A stretch of 64,000 bases of DNA. Source: Podarcis vaucheri (Eukaryota). Below, piece after piece: positions 13,880 through 38,600 of this stretch. The notes beneath the pieces were generated by a model that saw nothing but the letters and a program-made list of their open reading frames with translations, was not told where the DNA came from and ran no database searches. How positions within the stretch are numbered: the first letter of the stretch is position 1; each line of letters opens with the position of its first letter. The DNA is taken from assembly GCA_965113315.1 (NCBI GenBank), contig OZ220370.1; one strand, given 5' to 3'. A program made the position numbers and the translations under genes.

Positions 13880-13885
13880 TTTATT
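13880..13885 (-). terminator. candidate USP14 polyadenylation signal (another at 14106-14111)
   Basis: TTTATT on + = AATAAA on -, downstream of the USP14 stop. Confidence 0.45.
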
Positions 13886-14646
13886 AAGAACTATTTCCCA
13901 AAACTGTAGCCACTTCCTCTCCTTTACCTCAATTTAAACCACTCAATCACAGTTTTGCTAAACTGTATTCTTTGGTTTCCTGTTGAAGCTGGATGGGATG
14001 CTTAGCCCTGCACTGGATACAAGCCAAGAGGTATACGATTAAGCTCTAGCAAGAAGACAAAACACCAAACATTTATGTAAGAAGCACCATCATTACTGAT
14101 CACCATTTATTCAAAGTCATGGAATGCCAGCAACAGAACAGACCAGGTTGGCACATCAGGCTGGACAAATACGTGATTGTAGCCATATTTCCATAGGCTA
14201 TGGGCAGCAGCACTGTGTTACATGTTGAGGCAACAATTGATATTCCACTTGACAAAGCTGTCAAGACACAATAGAAAGGATCGACAGCTACTGAACTGGT
14301 AGAAACCATGCAAGAATTAACAACAAAATGATGCATGAATAGGTGTGTAATAAATATCTTGCTGATAACATTAGAGGAAAGGGCAGGAGGCCTGCTTACT
14401 TTTGTTAAAATTTAGTTGTTTTAAAATGGTCTTTTTTGCAACCTGAAAACTAAAATCAATTTCAAATATAACAACTATTGAGTGACTGTAGTAGTGACTT
14501 TAGTGCAGAGGTCAGTTTCAAAACCTGATTTGCTTCCTTGCCGCTCCAAATGACAGTAGACTGAAGGAACCAATTTTGCAGCCTCTGTGAAGCTCTGGAA
14601 TTAAGAAATTTATTTCACACCTAGGCAGAAATGGTAAAAATGAAGT

Positions 14647-29685
<15,039 letters not shown>

Positions 29686-29825
29686 GGCGGCGAGCGAGAG
29701 CAGCCTGCAGGAAGAAGGCGGGAGCGGCGGCGGCAGCAGCTCAGGGCGCGCAGAGGAAGCGAGAAGGAGCTCTGGCGGCGCGGCGCTTCCTTTCCTCGGG
29801 GTCTCATTCAAACCGGCCCCTCAGG

Positions 29826-29836
29826 ATGACGCTGCA
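29826..29836 (+). promoter_or_regulatory. antioxidant-response element (RTGACnnnGCA), candidate NFE2L1/NFE2L2 site
   Basis: ATGACGCTGCA ~140 bp upstream of the USP14 ATG. Confidence 0.55.
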
Positions 29837-30804
29837 AGCGCGGACGGGTGCGCGCGCAACTCCGGAAAGGCCGCCTCGCTGTTGCCCCCAGTGGCCGCGG
29901 CGCGCGGCGGCGGCGGCGGCTTCGGAAGGGAGCCGCTCGCGTGAGGAAGCTTCGCCGTCAGTCGCGCTGCTTCCGCCTGCTTAGCCTCGTGATCGGACCC
30001 GGTATGTCCTGTTAGTTACTCAGATGTAAACCCCGCTGGATGGACGAGTTCTCTGTCGCAACTGCTCAGCCATAGATTTGACAAACTTAACACAACTTTC
30101 TTTGGGCGGTTTTTGAGATTGTTGTTTTTTAAAGACGTGTTTCTTATTTATACATTTATATATTCCTGCATACCTAAGGAATCCCCCAAGTATTTAGAAA
30201 TTACTGCTTTATATTTGTCTGGCCCCATTTTGCTGGCAAACTGTTAGTCAAGTACCCAATTTACTAACTATTAAAGGAAATTATGATTGTGGCAAGAAGT
30301 GTTAGTCTTTTATCCAACAAACTATTAGCCCTGATCATTAAAGATACATATTTTGTTTTCTCTGATAAATTGCTTAGAGGTGCTGCATTCTAGGGTTGTT
30401 TTGAAAAGTGTCACACTTCACTCGAGTTGTGTGAAAGTGCATCTCCCAGCTCATCTGCAAATTTCCATACCTATATAACCCACCTGCAATCTGCAGCCAG
30501 AAATGGAAATCTTTTTACACTAAGCTCCCTCATTACCAAGGCTCCTGAATTCTAGGTTGATTTAAGGGCATCCTTATTAAATAAGAGCTGTATATATTCA
30601 CAGCTTTGATGAAAAAGCATTGTCTTTGAGGCAGTGTGATGGTTCTGTCTATAGTGCTTGATCTGTGATTTAATATTCCTCCAATTTGTAGACTACTCAT
30701 CAGGTCACTCTGATTCCAGTGCAATTTCCAACAGTACACAGAATGCAATACATAACTGTTATTCTTTTTAAGCCCAATTAATTTCTATTATTCTATATGG
30801 TGTT

Positions 30805-30869
30805 TCCTGCTTGGCAGGGGGTTGGACTCGATGGCCCTTGTGGTCTCTTCCAACTCTATGATTCTATGA
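30805..30869 (+). mobile_element. CR1 LINE 3' tail (similar tails at 43655-43790 +, 37213-37345 -, 7178-7300 -)
   Basis: ggcaggggg ttggact.gatg...ttccaactctatgattctatga with the CR1 octamer-type terminal repeat. Confidence 0.75.
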
Positions 30870-31353
30870 ATAGAGCAGCATGAGAACAATTACACCAGAG
30901 CAATCATTAATGTGCTCCCAGTGCCTAATGAAAATGTTTTGTCATCAGAAACTCACTGTCTAAACTTTCAGAGTTGAGGAGCCACCTCAAAGAAAGCACA
31001 ACCCAAATGTGCCACTCAAAATTGCCAATGTTGAATGAAGCGTCTGGTCCAATTTGTCAGCCCTATGAGAACATAAGCCCTATGAGAACATATGTACATA
31101 AGGTAACCCAGCCACTTCCTTCAGTGGCTACTCTGTTTAGAGCAGGCTTTGGGCTGCAGCCTTCTCCTTAGAGCTGCTTGGGCCCCTTTTGCCTTTGTGG
31201 CTTGACGGAGAGCAGCTTACACTTGGGACAACTCGGGCACCACTCTCTTGACTTCCCTTGCCAGTAGGGACTTGAACCATGCCAATAACTGGCTGGGCTT
31301 GAATTGCCATCAGATCTGAATATAAGGGAAAGCTTCCTAGAGTAGCTTCAATA

Positions 31354-31590
31354 CAGTGGTACCTTGGGATGTGAATGGGATCCGTTCCGGAGCTCCATTC
31401 GCATCCTGAAGCGAACGCAACCCGCATCTGTGGTCACGTTTTGCCGCTTCCACGCATGCGCGTGACATTTTGACCGTCTGCGCATATGCGCACGGCAAAA
31501 TCCAGAAGTAACGCGCTCCGTTACTTCCGGGTCACTGTGGAGCGCAACCCAAAAATACTTAACTTGAAGCACATATATGGGGTATGACCG
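31354..31590. mobile_element. Tc1/mariner MITE (related subfamily, degenerate right TIR)
   Basis: TA|CAGTGGTACCTT...GGGGTATGACCG|TA; internal palindromic gcgcatatgcgc. Confidence 0.75.
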
Positions 31591-31837
31591 TACAGTCAAC
31601 GTCCCGATTTGCCTCCCACAGAGAAGAATCCAGATCCTTTACAGCAGGGGAAAGTCAACATGGTATCCTCCTATTGTTAGAATGCAATTTCCAACCCCAA
31701 CCAGCATAGCCAATGGTCAGTGAATATCAGAACTGTAGTTCCACATCTAGAGGGCATCACATTGGCCTGTGCTACAGTGTCATATTATTTGCATGCCACA
31801 TATTGGAAGAGGGATTCTAGTCTATTGGCAGTAACCC

Positions 31838-32237
31838 CACTGCTTTTTTTCTAAAAAAAAGATTGGGGTACTCTCATTTTGACTCAAGAAAATCACCATT
31901 TTATAGTTCAAATCGGGGAAAATAAATACAGTACAGTGGTACCTCGGGTTACATACACTTCAGGTTACAGATGCTTCAGATTACAGACTCCGCTAACCCA
32001 GAAATATTACCTTGGGTTAAGAACTTTGCTTCAGGATGAGAACAGAAATCGCGCAGCAGCGGTGCGGCGGCGGCAGGAGGCCCCATTAGCTAAAGTGGTG
32101 CTTCAGGTTAAGAACGGACCTCCAGAACGAATTACGTTCTTAACCCAAGGTACCACTGTAAATGGACAAAAGTACAAAGATTCACAAAATGTTTAGGGGT
32201 ATGCATACCCGCGTACCCCTCCAGAAAAAGAGCACTG
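31838..32237. mobile_element. hAT-type MITE interrupted by a Tc1/mariner MITE
   Basis: TIRs cactgctttttttct / agaaaaagagcactg; TSD agtaaccc/agtaatcc (7/8). Confidence 0.75.
31934..32158. mobile_element. Tc1/mariner MITE nested in hAT MITE
   Basis: TA|CAGTGGTACCTC...AAGGTACCACTG|TA; inverted relative to the copy at 17915. Confidence 0.9.
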
Positions 32238-34259
32238 AGTAATCCTATGACCACCTCATGCACGTGGCTGTGAGTAGGTAGCACAGTAAGTCTTGGAGTC
32301 ACTGAACTGCCAGCTTTAAATCTTCCGACAGCCTTCTCTCAAGATAAGAATTTCCTCTAGTCCATCTCTTCCTTCTGTCTCCAGAGGGTTGAGAAAAGTC
32401 TACACATTGTTAGGCCCAATGAATATTTATCAATAGGTGATTTTTCCAATTGTTTTCTTAATTCCATACTTTCTTTTCCCCTACAAAATTTATATTCTAA
32501 GAATTACCATATATGTAGCAGATGTTTATTGTTCTGATTATTGAGAACACACTTCATTCAGAATAGTAACCATAGCATTCTAAAGAAACGATAATGAACT
32601 TGTGTGACATTTTACAGACTCATTGGTTTATTGCAGCATAATGTTTTACAGGCAACAGCTACTCCAAATGATTCATGAAGTGGACTGATAAGGTAGAAGA
32701 TATATACATATGGGTTGAGGAACACCAGAGAACAAAACAGCACAGTGAAAACAAACAATACTGAGAAAATATATCAGATCTTGATACAATACATAACTTA
32801 AATGGGAACATTAACTCACAATATAATGACATTGCGTGGCGGAGAGGCCTGATACCAAATTCAGAACTGGGCAGGAATCAGTATTTTAACAGGTTCATCT
32901 ACCCACCATAGGAATTGATTCCTGAATATAACAATATGCCCTGGAGATGAAACCAATTGGGCACCCTAAATTTGGGGCTTAGGCATAATTCTCCAGAATG
33001 TAACAGGTGAACACTCATGAAATGTCACCACATAGCTTTCAGCAAGGATCAGTATTGTTCTGCATCAATACCCTTCTCCCTCTCCTATCAAATTCTATGT
33101 TAGTTCTGTTGCTATTAAGCTACCATATGTATATATGGTTGTGAGTACTCTCTTATCCTCCCTCCTAGGCACCCCTCGTCCCCTCTACCAAAATTTTTAA
33201 TCTGGCAAAAAGGCTGTAAATTGCACATTTACAGGTAATGCTTATACCCATCTGTAAATAAACATTTATTTTCTATCCATCTTCATGGAAACAGTGTACA
33301 ATTATACAACTTTAATCAAGAAAACAGAATAAAAAACCCGCACCTTTTGAACCAGGGGAAGCAAGCACCAAAATCACTATCTGCCCAAATCACTTGCTGG
33401 CCTTTCTCCATTTTCCTCTCCTTAAGGTGGGTTCATCCTTTTCTTCACTTTGGCCATATCAGCCCCCACTTATTTCCAGTGTTGCTTCCCTGTTCAGTTT
33501 TAAGAACTTACAGTGGTCAACCTCTCTGCTCCACCTCTTCTTGCATGTTCCCTCTCACACCAATTCTTACTCCGTGGCTGTCACAAGCTCATCTATTGCC
33601 TTCTCTCCTTTGTCTCTCCCTCCCTGTTGCTGCTTTTGGCAGCTTATGCCATGCTGCCCTCCATTCCGTCTTTCCCTTTCCTTCCTCAAACCATTTTTCT
33701 CTCCTTCCTCAAGGCCCGATTTAAGAAAATCTGTTCCTGAACAATTCTGACCTTCCTCATGGTCTCCCCTGCTACAACCCAACACTTAATTTGTTGTCAG
33801 TCTTCTCTGGCCATCCCCGTCTCATCATCTAATTAAGAGTCCGTGCTACTTCTGTTTAGGGATAGCACAGGATCACTGACTTCCAAAGAGTGCAGAAAAA
33901 GCTTGACAGGTTTTTACTACTATTCATGACTTAATTATAAATTAAAATATATGTAAATATTCTCTTTTAAGAGCTGTGTACCTGGTATAATTTCCTTTTG
34001 ATGAAAGTCATTATGTGCTTACTAAATGGGATTTAACAATTCACATATCAAAATAAATTCTTCAAAGTCCTATGAATTTTTTTTCTACTTTACCCTGTAT
34101 TAAAATGTAGTATGACATTATAAAAATGTAATTAAAAAAATTTATCAAGTTTGTATCAGATTTAAATATGTTGACAGTTATCTGTTTGTAAAGCATCATA
34201 ATTTCCCAAACTTCCTAAGAAGTGTATTCTGGAGAAAAATACCACAGTCATTTTCAAAA

Positions 34260-35670
34260 TAGTTCTTCCATAAATTAGTTTTATTTTGTATTAAATGAGC
34301 ACGAGTCATTACCATAGTAATAACAGATATGCTTATTACATATCTATTAGTGTGGCTTTCAATACCACTTTAAACATGCAAATCGTCATGTAGACGAATC
34401 AGTTTTCCAGTGCTTCTTATTTAATACACAACTGCAAAGCTGTTATAAGTTACTGAAGAGGTATTTGGTTAAAAAATAAAATAAGCCATACTGTTCATAC
34501 CACAATAATATTCCTGCTACAAAGCAAGAGCTTAAAATGTACTCAATTCCTGTATTATCTGGAATTTTAAAGTGTTCTAGGTGTTTCAAATTCGTGGTAC
34601 AAGCATTTGTTTTTTTTTGTGTTTATGATTAAAATCTCTCTTGGTAACAGGCAATTTCATTTAAAATTGTACACATGAAAATGGAACTAGCTTCTATAAT
34701 ACTTTGATCAATAAAACCACTGACACATAATAGGTATTTGAGATTTCTACACTTATTTGACATGGCAGTAAAACAGATTAAGGCACTAAAAGGGCAACAT
34801 CCATTAAAAGTGTTCTAACAATAATTTACATTTCAAACAGTGCATACATTTTGTGGGGTGTGTGTATTTGCTATAATTAGCACTTCAAATTGTTAATGCA
34901 ATATGTTATACAAATTATAGAAAAAAATATGTACCAAAATATGCTTCCAAACTTGGTTGTTTTAACTTAGTTTCTAATGCCTCTAGAAGTAAAATTCTGT
35001 ATGGCTTGGCAACAATGCATAGATTACATGCAATTACTCATTTTCTCCCCCTTTACAAATATGCAGAATCAGTATTTTGTAAAGCAAAATATTTAACACC
35101 TTGAGCTGTCATGATGAATTATTAGCATTAACAACAATGCAGAAAAGGCACAAGTGATTATATTTGTTTTCAAGCAAATTTTGCTGTTTTCTGCACATCT
35201 TCTGAGTCTTCAAAGAAAATTCAGTCCTTCTCAGTTTGAGATACCTTCTTTCTATACTCATATTTGTGTGCTTATCTTGATATAAATATCCTTCCCACAG
35301 GGTAAATAGTCCTCTTATTCTCATTGATACAAGAAAAGCTCACTGCATTCCATCATGATTAGCTGGCGGTTTTATTTTTTAGAAATCCAAAAAGGCAGCA
35401 GTTTAAACTTATTTCTAGCTAAGCTTTATTTGCTTTTACTTGCATTACATAGTAATAATTAATCTAATCTACCTTAAGGCAAACCCGCAATAAGACACCC
35501 TCAGCGTGCTTTTTGTGCCAAAGCAAGGAGGAGAGAGTAATAGCAGTCTTAGCCCTGAAGCCTGTGATAATTGCATTGTAACAAACAACCAGTCTGCACT
35601 GCCCTGTATGGTGGAAAAAAGCACAGCTTTCTCAGACTCAGCCAGATTCCATGGAGTACGGCATATATTG
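34260..35670 (-). other. ROCK1: ROCK1 3'UTR (end approximate; AATAAA at 34285-34280, further candidates 33270-33265 and 32632-32627)
   Basis: Repeat-free AT-rich block with segments resembling the mammalian ROCK1 3'UTR and several miRNA seed matches. Confidence 0.7.
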
Positions 35671-35674
35671 TTAA
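35671..35674 (-). CDS. ROCK1: ROCK1 exon 33 coding part (T TAA completes Ser + stop)
   Basis: Strong acceptor ctttttttctttccag|T TAA followed by sequence recognisably similar to the mammalian ROCK1 3'UTR (tatcacaggcttcaggg..., aggtagattagattaattattactatgtaatgcaag). Confidence 0.88.
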
Positions 35675-38600
35675 CTGGAAAGAAAAAAAGAAAAAGACAC
35701 CATTAGAATTGCCTCATTTTTCATTATGTTGTTTAGTTTAACAGGTCAACAATATTTAAAATATTGTTCAGGAGTTAATGTACCAGAGGCATGTTAGAGC
35801 AGTGTTACATTTGATATTCTGCAGACAATGGAACATTAGTGAAGATTATCCTATGTACATACTGAACATTTTGGGGGTTTTTATGTTTTTGGGGTTTTTT
35901 ACTGTGTGCATTTGTGTTGAGAAGCTGCAACTGGAAGCAGATTGCCACGGTATGATGGTAAAAATGTAAACTTTGCTATCAATTGCAAACCACACACAGG
36001 TCCCACTATCCACCCACTTGCTATGTGAAAATTCACTTATCTGAATGTAAAGAATTATGCCCAAACCTCACTATACACTCCGTAGATTCAGATATTCAAA
36101 TATAATTAGTATTTCTGGTAATATCACAACATAAATGAAATAATACAGAATCCTGAATGTGTTTATATATGCTTTATTCATTAGTACAACTCACAGAGCT
36201 GTGCCTAATCTAGGATCAAAGTTTGTTTTGGGGGTTTTTTAAAATAGCATTTCTATCCTGCTTCAAAATGAAAAGCTACCAAAATGGTGTACAGTAAGAT
36301 AAAATAGAACATATGGTATTGGTAAACTAAAAGCAATTTAAACAATTTCTACAATTATACAATCAATATTCCATAAACTGACTGGGTCCAAGAGAAACCT
36401 CATAGAGCACATTCTAATAATCTGAGATTACCCATGCCAAGATCACAGCTGCCAAGCTATCTAGGTCTGGAAACAGGTGCATCTGTCTTACCATTGAAGC
36501 CACCTGTGCCTCAAGTAACACAGAAAGATCCAGGAGTACTCCCAAATTACATACCTGTTCCTTCAGAAGTGTAATCCCATCCACAAAGGGAAACCCAGAC
36601 ACAGAAACCACTCTCACACATTATTATTGGCCCTCATCCAGTCCCCCACTGCACCCAAACTGTGGTCCAGAGCCTCTACAGTCACTCCTGATTCAGATGT
36701 TACAGAAAAAGAGACAGTTCGCTCCAAATCCCCTGATGACCACAGCAGCTTCATAGATGTTAAGCCACCAGAAACAAAGCTGATGGGAGAGAGGGAAAGA
36801 TCTTGGAAAACAAAGGCTGATGGGAAAGGGCAATAAGAAGGGGGGAAACGCAGACATTAGCCTGAGAAGGATAAGCGGGAGCAACAACAAACCGTACTGA
36901 ATTCGAGGAAGGCAGGAAACAAACGAGTATAGAATCACGGCAGCAAAAGGCTATTTCCAAAGCTTTTGTTCCTGCCTTGACCAGAAGCCATAACCCAGCT
37001 AGCAGAAGGCAAGTAACAATACTTAAAATTTTGCTGGTTGTTGGCATCTGTCTTATCAGGAGACAATGGAGGAGTGCGCCTTTGGGGTTGAAGCCAAACT
37101 GTTGGAAGAGTTACAGCACCTGCTTACTTATCATTTATAATCCTTACAACAGCCCTGCAATAAGACTCAAGAATATCTTGCTTCAGGCCACCTAGTGAAT
37201 TCATGGAAGATCCATAGAATCATAGAATTGTAGAGTTGGAAGGGACCACAAGGGCCATTTAGTCCAAACCCTGCAATGCGGGAATCTTTTGCCCAATGTG
37301 GGGATCTGAGATTAAGAGTCTCATCCTCTACCAACTGAATTACCTCTGTTGCTACTGGGATAAGATCTGAATTGGGGATGGCCTGATTTGTAGAGCAGTA
37401 GTTATAATGCAAACTTACTTAACGTCAAGAATGTGAAATAAATATCAAGGACATCTATGGTTATAAAATATTGGATCCAACAAGTGACATGAGGATGCAA
37501 AATTGATAAAGATGCACAAGTCTAGTACTTGGATGGGAGAATGCTTAGGAACCCCATATAAGTTGCTCTGGCCTTCCTTAAGAAAAGCAGGCTAAATTAG
37601 ACTAACAAATAATAAAGAAAGATGTAGCAGAATACACTTTTTACTTGTTCTCTCTAGGAAATATATTAGGGCAGTAAAATTAAAAGAAATCTTGTGAAAC
37701 TGCCATCAAATGAGAATATTTTCACCAATCCCTTGTTTTGAAGATTTTTTGTTACCTAGGAAATGAATATATTTAGCACTGTCCAAAGTTAACACAGACT
37801 TTTCTCAAATTAGGCTGTTGTGGATAATAAAGTGTACACCTTCACCATCAGAATAGAGAAATGTTAGAGAGCACATGAGGGAAATGTACTTATTCCAAGA
37901 ATGGATTCCACCACCATGGCATATTCTACACAACATAATTGTGTTATGAGCATATGCATACTGTTTTGTTACCAACAGTATCAAGACCAGAAAGCATAGA
38001 GCTGACAAAGAATCCGAGCAAATGATATCCAAGATCAAAGAAAGAAAGCCACAGGCATCTCCAAAATGACAATCTGAGAAATAATATAGTTTTCTCATTC
38101 GAAGAAAGATCCTTCTTCATTACTAGAAGAAAGCAATTCTGCTTTCTTACTACTGTCACATGACAAGTAGCAGTGGGTTCAAAAGCAAAGGCTACTCACC
38201 AGTAACTTGAGTTTTCTGAATGGGTAATGTCCCCCACAGATCCATACTCCTTTGACCTATTGAAATTTAGAAATGAACATTTCACGACTATTTCGATGCG
38301 CTGAGGGCTCACTGTGCACTCTATACGAAAAATGGTGCTCTAGGAGAAGTGATCTGAATGCTAATAGCAAATAAAAGGGAAGACCTAGACCAAAGTTTCT
38401 AATAAAACAGTGGAAAGAAAGAGGGGGGAAATGAATTGCTTTAACAAGAAGAAAATTCCCCTTTTTTCTACTTAAATGGAAATTTTATGCCTCTCAATTA
38501 AGGATTAAAGAGACTCAAATTTCTAAATGTTCAGGACCCAAGCAATGAAATTCACAGATGAAGGCTCAAAAAGTATAGCCAAATTACTTTGCAATAAAAG

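Noticed and set aside
29849-29858. TGCGCGCGCA as an NRF1 site
   Set aside because: Does not match the 12-bp TGCGCATGCGCA spacing; expected by chance in a CpG island
33347-33785. ORFs in all three + frames
   Set aside because: Pyrimidine-rich, A-poor strand bias removes stop codons; no splice or homology support
36760-37047. 95-aa ORF with signal-peptide-like N-terminus
   Set aside because: Hydrophobicity follows from T-rich composition; no recognisable family or promoter. It lies just downstream of candidate exon D, so it may merit a look only if that transcript is confirmed
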